From Catajapyx aquilonaris (Eukaryota): a stretch of 64,000 bases of DNA. Under the pieces are notes generated by a model, which worked only from the letters and a program-made list of their open reading frames with translations, made no database searches and was not told the origin of the DNA. Where the stretch lies: assembly GCA_000934665.2 (NCBI GenBank), contig KZ538465.1:1-64000 (forward strand), in the 5' to 3' direction. Position numbers and translations under genes: made by a program. Positions 24,953 through 38,207 of the stretch are shown here, in pieces; within the stretch, counting starts at the first letter, position 1, and every line of letters begins with the position of its first letter.

Positions 24953-27900
24953 ATGGCGGACGACGAGTGGGGTGAGCAAATCCAGGCGGCGTGGAGGGGG
25001 CCACGGCCTCGCGCACTTTTCCCTTTTTTGTCGGGTCTTCTGCACCATATGGGGGGAGCAGCACCACATAACCAACTAGAAAGGAAATTGAACCAAGGGC
25101 ACAGTCTTACCCTGGGAGGGGTGGGCGCCAAAGGAGAGAGAGAGAGAGAGAGAGAGTTCCATCTGGGGAAGGAGGGACACGACTCATTTAATTAAAATTA
25201 TCAAGAGACCCCAAAGAACGTCCAAAGAACACTGGTTTTAGCCGCATTGAATTTGACGGAACAGTATTGCTCCGAATATTCCGAAAGGAGATTGCCCTTC
25301 GCTTCTTTATTTTAACTCCGTAGCGTTCATTACGTACTCGCAGCATCGCCTCTCCTTCGCACAGCATGTTTACATGGCCTCATGCCGCGGGAACGCGTTT
25401 GCCATGCACCATTGCAATGGCCTGTTGGCATGTGTCATTACAATGTACCGTTGCCATTCACCATTGCAATGTACTGTTGGCATGTCTTTACCAAGTACCG
25501 TTGCCATGGACCATTACAATTTACTGTTGGCATGTGTCATTACAATGTATGCCATTGCCACGGACTGTTGCAATGTCTGTTGGCATGTCTTTACCAAGTA
25601 CCGTTGCCATGGACCATTACAATTTACTGTTGGCATGTGTCATTACAATGTACCGTTGCCATGCAACGTTACAATGTACCGTTGGCATGTGTCTTTACCA
25701 AGTACAGTTGCCATGGACCATGACAATTTACTGTTGCAATGTCTGTTGGCATGTGTCGTTACAATGTACCGTTGCCATGCGCCGTTACAGTGTACCGTTG
25801 GCCATGTACTGTTGCAGTGTACCGTAGCTAACCTTTAAGGAATTCAGGACTTGCCGTGCCTACAGCCCCTCCGTTCCAATTATTAATCCAGGTACTGTTG
25901 CAATGTACCATTGCCAAATACATGGCAACAGCACATTGCTTTGGATTGCATTGGCAATGTAACGTTGCCATGCGCTGTTGCATCGTGCTGTTACCATGCA
26001 CCTTTGCCACATGCTGTTGCAATGTAACTTTGCCATGCGCCCTTACCAAGTACTGTTCCCATGTATACCGTTGCCATGGACCATTGACATTACTGTGGCT
26101 ACGTACAAACCTTGCACTATTGCCATTACCATGTGCCCTTGCATTGTACTGTTGCCATGTGCAAACCATGTACTGTTGGCATGCACCGTTGCCATGTGCA
26201 AACAAACAAAATTTCTCTTATACGTAATTGTAAGATTGTCTGCTGTGTTAGGATGAAGCGCAGTCGGGCGGTAATGAGTGTGGCTGCGAATTATTGGGGG
26301 AAGCTGTCTGCGTATTCGGCGCCTTTCACGCTTGCGACGAGCCAATTACTGTAGGAGAGTAGCGGACGTAACCGAGAACAGGGTTGCGAATAGTGCGGAT
26401 TTCTGAAGGCCTCGTCATTGTACTAATTGCTATTGCAAATTGAGCGGGTACTTTTGGGTCCTTGACATTTGGCGGAGGCAAATATAGTCTACTGTAGTAC
26501 CTTTTGGCATCGGTTTACCCCATTAATGAGGCTATTGATTTCAGATGCGGAGGACTTTGAGCCGAAGCCGGTCGTGCCTGGTATACCCATAGTTGACAAA
26601 TGGGTAGGAGAGGACGAGGAGGAAGATGTCAAGGTCATTTTTTTTTCATTCAGAGCCCTGCACTTTTTGGGTTAACAGGCATATCTGACGTTCCCCCTTC
26701 TTTACCTTCAGGATAATTGGGAAGACGACGAGGAAGAGGAAGGATCAGAAGAGGGCAGTAAAAAAGACGGCCCTCCCAAGACGGCAGACGGGATTAAAGC
26801 GGTTGAAGTGAAACAGAAGAACGAGAAGAGAAAGAAAATTGCGGAAAGAGAGGTGATCATATTAAGCGAAACAGTTCATTGTAATCGATACAATTACAAG
26901 TAATTGCTCATTGCAAAAAAAAAAAAGCTGATATCAATAATTTTATCAACAAGTATGAATTTATATTGTACGTAGAGAATATTTCTGAAGCTACTTCAGC
27001 GAGTTTTTAAATTTGTTTCTTCGTTTGATCAAACTTGTGTAGCGGAAAGAACGGGAAGAAGCGGAAAAGCTTCGTGAGGAGGAGGAGCAGCAGCAAGCTG
27101 TCAAGAAGTTGACTCCCGAGGAACAATATGCGGAGAAGCTTAAGAGACAGCAACTTCAAGAAGAGTCGGACTTAGCCCTAGCCAAGGAAACTTTCGGTAA
27201 ATATGCATCTCCAATGTACATAGAAAAAAAAATGAGGACCGATATTTTTTTTTTGAAATTGTGTTTTAACACACTACTTTGAACAAATGCATGCAGATGA
27301 AATTTATCAGGACCATAGTCGATTTACGTTCGTAGTTGAAGCTTTTCGACACTACTACTAACAAGTGAAGTCGCTAATAGTAGCAACTGTTGATTTCTTG
27401 CTTGGGAAATTAATTTTTGGAATAATTTTAAATGGTCCTTTTTTTTTTGCAATATATTTGATCCTCTCCTTGTGATTATAACCTGCGATCTGCCTGACAC
27501 TCCCATGAAAATTTGTCACCTGCAGGTTGAGGGAGACTCCTTGCCGTGAAACCTGATCTTCACAGTTCCCCATTTGCATGGTCATGAGCGCAGATTCATT
27601 GGACGGGTGTGTAGGAGAGAGAGAGAGAAGTCCGCAACTGCTTCCCCCCCTCCCGCCCCCTCGAAAACCTCTCTTTTCCTCCAATCAGATCGCATGTTGT
27701 AAACTCCAGGACTGGAATTATATGCTGCAAACGCAGCGTCGCATTTATACATTTAAAAAAAAAAGGTTCAACCCCCCTTAAAAATAAACGGTGACCCCAT
27801 AAAAATTGGGTATAAATTTATTGAGTGTTGACCTTAAACTGCATGCATTGTATTTCTACAAGTGCGGCCAAGTATGATCATCACTTCACGCATTTTCCGC

Positions 27901-30107
27901 AAGTACGGCCAAATATGATCTGATTATGCATTTTAAACAAGTATCACATTACGCATTTTAACCATGTACGGCCAAATATGAGCACATTATCATGCATTTT
28001 AAACAAGATGGCCAAGTATGATCACATTACGTATTTTTAGCAAGTACGGCCAAGTATGATCACATTACGTATTTTTAGCAAGTACGGCCAAGTATGATCA
28101 CATTACGTATTTTTAACAAGACGGCCAAGTATGATCGTTCCGTATTTTAAACAAGTACGGCCAAATATGATCATTACGTATTTTTAACAAGTACGGCCAA
28201 ATATGAGCACATTATCACGCATTTTAAACAAGATGGCCAAGTATGATCACATTACGTATTTTTAGCAAGTACGGCCAAGTATGATCACATTACGTATTTT
28301 TAACACGTACGGCCAAGTATGATCATTACGTATTTTTAACAAGGCGGCCAAATGTGATCATTAAGTATTTTTAACAAGTACGGCCAAGTATGATCATTAC
28401 GTATTTTACAGAAGTATGGCCAAGTACACATTTTATCTTGTTGGCGTACATTTTCTTCCTTAATCTGGGCTTGCTAATTTGGGGAATGTTAACTTTACTC
28501 TGGTTACAATGGAGCAATTGTTGGCTTGCATTAACCGTACGGCTTATGCGTGGAGTAAAATTATTCATAGCGTTAACCAGCAATTTTAATTCGCGGTCGG
28601 ATGATCAGTACGAATTGTAAAGTTGGCGGCGCATTTTTCGCAACAATTTTAATTTTAAGTTGGAAGACTATATTTTTTTGACACTTCATTGTTCAGGTGA
28701 GTCGGATGAAGATAATTGTTGTCCAGCCTGCAAACTTAATTTTATTTAATTTATTGCAGGTTTGTCATCTCCAGTGTCCAGCACAGGTCAAATCGAATCC
28801 CTGGTTCCTGATACTAAAGGGGATTTTGATGAGTTGCGGCGGCTGCTGGTCGAGAAGGTTCAGAAGAGCGAGTCGCACGATCTCTACGGTGACTTTGTCG
28901 AGGAGCTTGTCAGCGACCTATGCATCACATGTGAGTCCGTCTTGTCAAATGCTGATTAATAAGCTACAGTGTTGCATAATTTCATGTGCTTTTCCGCCAG
29001 TGCCATCGGTGAGATTGAAGCGTCTCAAAATGACCGTGGAGAGTCTTCAACAAGAAAAGAGCAAATCGGAGAAGCAGTTCCAGAAGAAGGGTCAGAAGCC
29101 TGGAAAGGCCAAGGCCAAGCTGCACGTAGAGGGACAAACGGTCAGTATTGCCATGTTTGCGAGGTACTATTGCCGGCAAAAAGTTGGGGAGATGACTGGC
29201 CATGAAAAGATTTGTCTGGAATTCCAGGAGATAAAAACCTGTAACCAGTTGTCTGTTTGCTTTCCTGTGATCTTGACATTGGCAAAAATTAAATAGAATT
29301 CTAGCTGCATTGTGCAATGAAAATATATTTCTGGCTACATTATGTAATAATTAATATTTTTGGCTACATTCTGTAATAATTAATATTTCTAGCTGCATTC
29401 AGTAATAATTAATATTTCTAGACACATTATGTAGTAATTAATGTTTTTGGCTACATTCTGTAATAATTAATATTTCTAGCTACATTATGTAATAATTAAT
29501 ATTCCTGGCTACATTATGTAATAATTAATATTTTTGGCTACATTCTGTAATAATTAATATTTCTAGCTGCATTCAGTAATAATTAATATTTCTAGCTACA
29601 TTATGTAATAATTAATATTCCTGGCTACATTATGTAATAAAACTAATAATTAATATTTTTGGCTACATTCTGTAATTATTAATATTTCTAGCTGCATTCA
29701 GTAGTAATTAATATTTCTGGCTACATTATGTAATAATTAATATTTTTGGCTACATTGTGTAATAATTAACATTTCTAGCTACATTCTGTAATAATTAACA
29801 TTTCTAGCTAAATTATGTAATAATTAATATTTCTAGCTGCATTCCGTAATTAATATTTCTAGCTACATTCTGTAATTAATATTTTTAGAGGCATATTTCA
29901 TAGTGCAATTAATATTTCTCGCTGCATTACATAATTAAAATATATTTCAAGCTCTATTGTGTAATTAAATGTATGACTCAGGAAAATTGATGCTGTGACG
30001 CGTCACTTGGAATTTTTGGCTAACATATATTATTTTTTTTCTCTTTGCAGTTTCTTGCTGGAGATTTGGATGGAAGCACGTACAACGAGTACGAGGATTT
30101 CATGTAA
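24953..30107 (+). CDS. eIF3j: Eukaryotic translation initiation factor 3 subunit J, multi-exon
   Basis: MADDEW|DAEDF..DKWVGEDEEEDVK|DNWEDD..LTPEEQYAEKLKRQQLQEESDLALAKETFG..GKAKAKL..YNEYEDFM. Confidence 0.95.
25365..26200. repeat. Intronic degenerate minisatellite rich in GTTGCCATG / TTGGCATG
   Basis: Repeated caatgtaccgttgccatg and actgttggcatgtgtcattac units; spurious Cys/His-rich ORFs in several frames. Confidence 0.85.
27860..28425. repeat. ~39-bp intronic minisatellite
   Basis: caagtacggccaagtatgatcacattacgtattttta repeated about 14 times. Confidence 0.9.
29325..29940. repeat. ~30-bp intronic minisatellite
   Basis: taataattaatatttctagctacattatg repeated about 19 times. Confidence 0.9.
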
Positions 30108-30957
30108 CTTCTATTTTCAAGCCCTCGGGTGCTGCTTCTGGAGGAATTTCTACTAGCATATATTGAGAATATAATATATGAAGCGATTTAAATAATAATA
30201 ATAATAATCACATTACAATATATGGGACATCGGGTTTTCAAGGAGAGTTAGCCTTAAGTTGCATCCCCCCCCCTAATGTTAAATGATATTCCATCAACGT
30301 GCCCTCCCCTTTAATTACTCAAGTGCTAAACCCGATTTGGACAAAAAAAAATATATGCTTCGCTCAATTAGTTTCAAAGGCATAAAAATAAAAAAACCCG
30401 GAAATATTAATTGGGAGGTGGGCATGGACAATATTTATAATTTTTTTTCTCTCTCTCTCTCTCCCCAAAACGGATGCAGTTTCTCTGATGTTTTTTTTTT
30501 TTTCCNCCCCCCCCCCCCAAAAAAAAAAACTTGTTATGTAGTAAAAAATTTTTTACTCTACAAAAAATATGCAGGTCATAAACTTTGTAAAGAAAGAGAG
30601 AAGAGTGCGGGAAAAAATGTACGTGCGAGAGAAATTTTCACCTAGAGTGCAGCACAAATGATGAGAAAATAAAGATTAAATGTTTTTCTCCAAAAATTTA
30701 GTATACGTGCAATTTATTCACTATTAATTAACAACAACAATTAATGAAGATAAATTTTTTATTTTTAAATCGCTAAATGGCTACATATTAGTTATAAGAT
30801 AGCTGCTTTTCGAGGAAAGGAGCGGCTAGTTTTTTCAGCTGCGACTTGTCAGCTGCTGTGCGTCATTCGGCCCCCAGAGAAAAGGAACGGCCAAGATGGC
30901 GTCTCTTTCGTAGATTTTCAGAAGAAGGTTTTTTTTTCCTAGTTGGTTTTAGGGAAG

Positions 30958-33206
30958 ATGTCGGTCGGGGTGAGCCAGTTCATAGGGTGCGTGGTGTGGG
31001 CGGACTGCGGGGACGAGCTGGGAGCCTTCCAGGGGAAGGTGGCCACGGTGGATCCGGTGGGGCAGACCATTTCGCTTGTGGACGTCACCAGGAACGCTCT
31101 TCCCTTCCCGGAACTCACCATCAGGTGAGAATTAATAATAATTGTCATTTGCCAATTATTGATTTCAATTGTGCTATAATTTACTCATTGTATAATTAGC
31201 CTATTGGTGTTTAATTATTGTGATATAAAACTTTCAGGGCCCGAGACATCGTAGAGTTGTCGATAGTTCAGTCCCCAAGCGATGCTCCAGCCCCGCAGCA
31301 GCCTTCTTCCTCTGCTAATCAGCCGACCCCTCAGTCCTCATCCAAGAGGAGGCCAGCAGCTGCAGTCCGAAGTGTCAGCGAGAGCTACAACACGGCTAAT
31401 TCTGGCCAGCATCAGCAGTTCCCATCACCTCGGAAGGCAAACGCTGAAGATGGCAGGACCAGGAACCATTCAAGTCAGTTATTACGCTGCTAGCCACAAA
31501 AGTTTACCGTATTTTTTATGTCATATTTTCTTCCAAAAAATTGCTCAAAAAGTACGCTGGATATGATCTGCTGATATATTGCCGTCAAATCGACACGGGC
31601 GACGCAGCCTTCCACCTCTAAGGTCCCGAGTTCGATCCCCGGGTCGGACGGAGGATACTTATGTGGATAGAGTTTCAATGGGTTCTCTCCGTGTTCGCGT
31701 GGGTTTTCTCGGGGTTCTCCCGTTTCCTCCCACTATCAAAATCCATCACATTACAGGCAAATGATTAAAGTCGGATATTCAAAAGATGATCCCCTAAGAG
31801 GCCCAAAACATGGGGTATCCATTATTATTATATTGCCGTCAAATACGGTAATTATGTGCGGCCGGTACTTACAGATGATCTTGATTGCAGATTCAGACTT
31901 GAACCGAACTCCGAACAAGAAGGATCGGATACGCACCAAATGGAACGAGAAAGACGAAGCCTGCTTTGGCATTCAGGTGGACCAGATCCGGGAGCAGGAG
32001 TTTGACTTTGAAAAGAATCTCGCTCTATTCGACAAGCGGGTCAGTTGAACATTTTCAATTGCTTATCTGTCAATATATCTATTACATGCGAGGGATTTGA
32101 TCGACGATGTGCAGCGAATACACGCTTCATGTCACTGATCAAATCGCTCGCACATAAGTGCTCATTGTGATCCCGACTTTTCTAGGCCATATTCGATGAG
32201 ATTACAGCGTCCCAGAGGCCTGACGTTGTCCGTCACGCACCGAGCACTCCGCATTACAATCACCACCAGTCGGTACAAGGCTGCGGGCAGAGAAGCAAGT
32301 TTCGACACGACGAGAACATTATCGAGGCTGCTCCGGCAGTGTACAGACAGATTGACGTCCCGCAGCATGGCGGAAAGGAGTACGTCACTGGTTAGTGGCG
32401 CTGATGTAAAATTGTCGGAGTTTGTTACAACATGTGATGTTGCAGATTCAGGCTTGGTCGTACCGTCAATTACGCTTGAGCTTCGCCAGCGCGTTCTTCA
32501 AGAAGCCGAGCGGTATGGCCTGTCCCGCGAGCGTCAAGTTGAAGTGATGGGACATGCCGCAGCCGAAATGAGCCTGCAACTGTTGGGCGGTGGCCACCGG
32601 CTGAATCCTGCCAACTGCCACCAGCGTCCGAGGGTGGTCGTACTCTGCGGACCGCACGCGCCGCACGGTACAATGGGACTAAACTGCGCTCGTCGACTCG
32701 CATCGCATGGAGTACAAGTCGAGGTGTTCCTCCCACATGTTGCAGGACTTCCGCTGGATATTTCGACCGAGTTGCAGCTGTACAGGTACGTCGCCGTTAT
32801 GTTAATCAAGACATATTTGACCTGTACTTTTCGCAGATTGACTGACCAAATTGTCGTGACCCAAACGAACGAGCTGAGCCTGACAGCAGTTGATATTATA
32901 ATATCCGCATTGGAAGAACACGAGCTCGGACAGCAGCATCGCTGCCAGCCGTGGTACCGAAGCGCCATGTGTTGGGCCAACGCATGCAGAGCACCGCTGC
33001 TGGCTCTGGATCCGCCGCAGCAAGGAACCGAACTGGAGGTCAAATACTCGCTGGTACCATTACTTCCACTACCACACGGCGAAGAAAACGGTAAGGTTTA
33101 CCTGTACAATCTGGGCGTACCGGCCGGACTCTTCAGAAAACTTGGAGTCAGGTACGTCAGCCCATTCGGACCAAAGTTTGTGGTCCCTCTTCACGAGGAC
33201 GAGTAA
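30958..33206 (+). CDS. EDC3: Enhancer of mRNA-decapping protein 3 (LSm, FDF and YjeF-N domains), multi-exon
   Basis: FIGCVVWADCG..GAFQGKV, DEACFG..EFDFEKNLALFDK, FRHDENI, DSGLVVPSIT, LLGGGHRLNP.N.HQRP.VVVLCGPH, YVSPFGPKFV. Confidence 0.95.
31591..31828 (+). mobile_element. tRNA-derived SINE with V-domain-like core in an EDC3 intron
   Basis: B box GTTCGATCC, core GGGTTTTCTCGGGGTTCTCCCGTTTCCTCCCAC, (ATT)n tail, exact 16-bp TSD TATATTGCCGTCAAAT at 31575-31590 and 31829-31844. Confidence 0.88.
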
Positions 33207-33921
33207 GAAGACTCGCCGATTTTTGTCGCCAACTTATTCCTAAAGTTCCGATAGAATTAGCACTTCAAATTGTTTGTTTTTTTAAATGATTGCAAAGGAC
33301 ATTCGGAAGTTGAATGCACCGAGTTTGAGGCGTACTATTTAATTATCACGGCTCAAGCAAATGTTTTTTTCTTTTTAACTTGTAACGATATTGATGTCAC
33401 CTTTTTTTTTCCGACTTCCTGTAAGTAGGTTAGTGTCGTATGACCTGTTGTACTTGCGAAGAATGTTTTGCATGACGTTTTCTGGACATGTTGCAGTTTT
33501 TGTTTTAAGCGAAATACTTCCAGTTTTCAGGCGATTGGAAAGAGAACGAGAGATTTTTTTTTTTTAAATAAAAAAGGGGCATATATATTTTTCCACACGT
33601 TCCAAGAATCGTTCTAAAAAAAAAGTGTCACTTACGGGGCTCAACAATTTATCTTTTTACGGATTTTTGAGTTTTCCGTTCGTTACACGCAGCACTTGTG
33701 AAACCCTCCCGAACAAATCGCATATTTTTGTTAAACAATTATTTTCGGAGGTGTAAGTGTGGCCAAACACAGTATTTCAAAGAAGCAACACACACACACA
33801 CGAAAAAAAAGGTTGATCTCATACAACAACAACAAAAAAGGATGTACCTGGACCATGATGAAATAAAATAAACCATTCGAAACATGTCGTAATATTTATG
33901 TACATTGTTGTCCCTACCGTA

Positions 33922-35583
33922 TTATTTTGCTCCGTTTTTGTAATAGTCGATTTTAGCTTGGATCATTTTCATCTTGAGCCGATGCTCCTCTTTGGCAGCC
34001 GTGAGCTTGAAGTCGTAATACTTCTTCTTTGAAACCGCAGAGTCGATTATGCTGCTCGATGCTGCTTCCATCTTTTCTGCAAGCGTCTTTTTCAGTACAG
34101 GTCTTCTGAGATCCAGCTTGGCTTCCGTGGTGCGACTTGTGTCCTGTTCGGAAGACAGCGTCGCCTCCACCTGCTCCAGCATCTCCTCGTCTGAGCTCTC
34201 TTTGTCCATTTCAGACTCCTCAGTCTTCTGCAAATAGTACTGCCGTTAAGACGTGCGTCATGCACGTAATGCGTACATAGAGCTCTTTCATTGCGTACCA
34301 GTGAACAACAAATGCTACGTACATGAAGTTCAAGTCAAAATAAATTTTTCAGGGTTTCAGGCGACGTCTTCAGACATTGCAAGACACCCTATTAGTTAAA
34401 ATTTTAATTAATTTTCAATTTGTATAATTAATTTTAATTGATTTTCAAATTGTATAATTAATTTTAATTAATTTTCAAATTGTAGGCCTATAATTAATTT
34501 CAATTAATTTTCAAATTGTAGGCCTATAATTAATTTCAATTAATTTTCAAATTGTATGATCAATTTTAATTTTCAATTTGTATAATTTTGATTAATTTTT
34601 AATTTCATATCATTTAATTAATTTTTAATTTCATATTTTCATTTACTTAATTTTAATTTCATCATTTAATTAATTTTTAATTTCATATCTTCATTTACTT
34701 AATTTTTAATTAAATATCTTCATCTAATTAATTTTCAATCTGTATAATTTATTTTAATTGACTGTTTATTTCATATCCTAAGTGAATTAATTTTCAATAT
34801 TTATAACTTGTTTTAATCAATCAGTTTTTAATTGTTATAACATATTCAATAAATTAATTTCTCATTTCATATCTGAATTTAATTAATTTTTAATCGTTAC
34901 AACTTATTTTAATTGAATTACTTTAATTATTATGTAAATTACTTAAATGGTATATTATTAAATATAATTATATGTATAATTAGGAATTGGGATGGAAAAA
35001 ATATTGCGCTATTGATCCATTCCCCCCCCCCCNNNNNNNNNNNNNNNNNNNCTTCTCCTGCAACATTAACTTAATGAGGTTCGCTCGTTAGACGTCAGCA
35101 ATGCGTCGTACCTCCTGAACCGGAACGAATGCAAAGTCGCTTCCTTGTCCGTCGTCATGAAAGGCGGAGTTGTCACCTGCGGAAATAACTGATCAGTAAC
35201 GAGACAAACTGCGGTACAAACTGATACCCACCGTCGCACGGGGTGACCCGCTGCCCCATCAACAACCGCATGACCTTCTCCTCCGTGGTGCTCAGCGCCT
35301 CCCCTTGGCACGCCTTCTTCTTAGTCCGCTTCTTCAGGTTGTCGTAGCAAGCCTTCAGCTGCGGCTCAGACCTAGGCTGGACGGACTCCAGGTTGAACTG
35401 GTCCGCAACCATCCTCCAGCCCTCCTCCTTCCTCCTGTTGGACACCGCATCCGTCCTCTTCGACTCAACCACTTGGCCGTACCTCGTGCTGATCACCTCC
35501 ACCAGCAGGTCCTTCTCCCTGTCAGTGAAGTTGGGCGCCCTAGGCTTCCTGCTCTGGTCATCCATGCCTGGATTGCCCTTCAT
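33922..35583 (-). CDS. Myb/SANT-like DNA-binding protein (Myb_DNA-bind_5; NAIF1/MSANTD/Apontic-like, related to Harbinger ORF2); one exon runs into the N gap
   Basis: RAPNFTDREKDLLVEVI...VESKRTDAVS...KEEGW..VADQFN...RSEPQLKACYDNLKKRTKK; spliced to DGDNSAFH and a C-terminal coiled coil EEHRLKMKMI. Confidence 0.82.
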
Positions 35584-36044
35584 AATGATTTGGATTGAAA
35601 AAAATAAAAAATAAACAAACCTAAATATGCAGCCATCTGAACCACATCTTAGCAGCCATCCGAATGTGGTTTTGCTTAGTTCATATGTTGGCCACCACTA
35701 GTCCACTAGTCGCTACCTGTCTTGGTAACCTGGGCTAACATCTTTGCAATATTGGGTCCCCTTCACTAAGTTTTGCGTTAGTGCACCGCTTTAGCATGAT
35801 CGCACTAAGTCCGCACTAGGCCCGAACTTAGTGAACTGGGTCACGTGGTTTAAAACACTGCACTAACTTCTTGTACGGCCCATTTTCTTCAGACATTTTT
35901 CAGTTTGCTCTTCAGCTGTGCTTCCAGGTTGCTGAAGAAGGCACTACAGACATCGTTGCAAAGGAGTATAAGAAAACATTAAGAAATAATGATAATGTGT
36001 GTACCGTACGTACGACGCACTAACATTTGTTTAATTTCCAGGTA

Positions 36045-36878
36045 ATGTCACTGAATGTGAAGGAAGAAATTGAAGATATGCTGCAGGATGACCCAGAAGA
36101 AGCGACGGTTGAACTAACGGCGGACGATGCGCAAGATCCGCTTCGTGTTACGTACTCAGCAGATGAAGCCCCGTTTGGATGCGAACGCTGTCCGAAGCGC
36201 TTTATGACCGAACCGGGATTGCGGTTTCATACAAGGTCGCACACGGGCGTGGGCATTAACGTATGCAAGTACTGCAACAAGACGTTCATGAGCAACAGCC
36301 ATTTGCAAGCGCACCTTCGGACGCATACGGGTGAAAAGCCGTTCGTGTGCCAACAGTGCGATAAGTCATTTCCGCAAAAGGGAAGCTTGAAGCGGCATAT
36401 GCGGGTGCATACAGGGGAGAAGCCGTACCAGTGCGACTTTTGCGACAGATCGTACAGGTCGTCCAGCCAGTTGCTGACTCACACGCGATGCACGCACACG
36501 TTGGAGCGGCCGTACATCTGCAAGTTTTGTCAGAAAGCGTTTACGACATCGACCGAATTGGTAATGCATGTGCGGACACACACGGGCGAGAAGCCGTTTG
36601 CGTGTAAAGAATGCGGCAAGTCGTTTTGTACGACAGATCAGTTGAAGCTGCATGTCAGAAGTGCGCATACGAAAGAAGGGTTGCCGACATGCGAGTTTTG
36701 CCACAAGTCGTTTTTCACCTCGGCGAACTTGGAGGTTCACCTAAGAAGACACACGGGACTCAGGCCGTTTCCATGCGTCATTTGCAGAAAAGCATTTGTG
36801 ACTAAATACGAGTTGGAACATCACGTGAAACATGTGCATGCGGGACGTGTCGGGCAGGATATCGGACATGTCATTTAA
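36045..36878 (+). CDS. C2H2 zinc-finger protein (8 fingers), single coding exon
   Basis: Acceptor just before ATG; MSLNVKEE...DPL acidic leader; HTGEKP linkers. Confidence 0.92.
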   Translation: MSLNVKEEIEDMLQDDPEEATVELTADDAQDPLRVTYSADEAPFGCERCPKRFMTEPGLRFHTRSHTGVGINVCKYCNKTFMSNSHLQAHLRTHTGEKPFVCQQCDKSFPQKGSLKRHMRVHTGEKPYQCDFCDRSYRSSSQLLTHTRCTHTLERPYICKFCQKAFTTSTELVMHVRTHTGEKPFACKECGKSFCTTDQLKLHVRSAHTKEGLPTCEFCHKSFFTSANLEVHLRRHTGLRPFPCVICRKAFVTKYELEHHVKHVHAGRVGQDIGHVI

Positions 36879-38207
36879 CACGACAATGCAACACTTCACC
36901 GAAACGTACAATAATTACCTACAAGTATACTTTTTATAACCACATTACGTACTTAATTCATGTGTCTCTGACGATAATTGCCTGCGATAAGAGCAACACT
37001 CTCTAGTTATCACGACTGTAACAATTGCAACAATGATGTCCACGATTTGTATGTATAAGGTGCTTAATTGAGCGGATTACAATTTGTAATACCGGGTACA
37101 GGTGGAATATTAGAATTAGTTTAAACGCTGTCGTTTAAGTAGAAATTGTCATCATTTATTGTGATTGAACACGAGCTAAAATTACGTACGAGAGCAATAA
37201 AAAATGTGCAAATTGTGATGTGTTTTATTAACGATTACCTAATTAATTCGGCTTAACCTTATTTAACATGAGAAAATCAGAACGTCAAAATATTTATTCA
37301 CGGCACGTTTGACAAACATACATTAAATTTGTTCTCCTCGTCATTGTTACGGACAATTACAATGAATCAATTTACATATAACGGTCAAACACAACATACT
37401 TCACGTGACTAACAGTTATTGTCGTTTCAGAACCATAATTACCCTCTGCTATTTTGGACAAACGCATCTATGCAACGTAAGAACTTGCAGTACAGGGTGT
37501 AACATTGAATAATATTGTAGCTACACATTGAGTACACAAATTTTTTGGCTCGGTTTCCCAAAGAAATTGTAGTTGTTGTTTTTTTTCTTCAAATATAGAT
37601 AAGGGACAAGTACATATGACAACATTTACAGTCCGATGAATGTCCATTTATGACAAGACATACATTACACAAAAATACATTCGCAAAAAACTCTTGGAAC
37701 AAACCCAGAGAACTCTTGGAAGTTCTGCGGACCACTGGTTGACGACTGCTAAACGATGACTAGTATTGAAACATTTAAGATCACAAACACAAACGACTAT
37801 TTTTCTCAAGTGATTTAAAGGACCAAAGTTTACAGGACGTAAAATAAGAAAGAATATCCGGTCACGAGTAGCGCATGTTGGCAACCATCTCTGGCATCCC
37901 ATTTCTAATTAACTAAGAATGACAAAACAGATATGTTAGCCGCATCACAATCCAGAGCACCTTTCACTTACACTTATTCAGAATTAATAATATTTATCCT
38001 AAAAGCAAGCATCATATCACGCACAATTGATAGTGTAAGTGCAACTGGACGGAAGAACTATTAATTTCTTTTTACGCGTCTATCAATCTTAAATTAATTA
38101 CCCTTTGCGTCGCGATGAGTTATCGTGCGATTGCCTTAATATTGTTGTCCAGAATATGACTCGTGCACACTACACAGTTGTGCTGCTTTTTTTTTTGCAC
38201 GACTTCT

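Noticed and set aside
25366..26354. Cys/His-rich ORFs in several frames
   Set aside because: Translations of an intronic minisatellite, open on both strands with no domain signature
24972..27754. Telomerase RNA, RNase P/MRP RNA or U17/snR30 within eIF3j introns
   Set aside because: No TTAGG-type template, no RNase P/MRP CR-I/CR-V pair and no m1 plus m2 motifs found by eye
31591..31660. tRNA gene
   Set aside because: B box only, no cloverleaf; embedded in a SINE with tail and TSD
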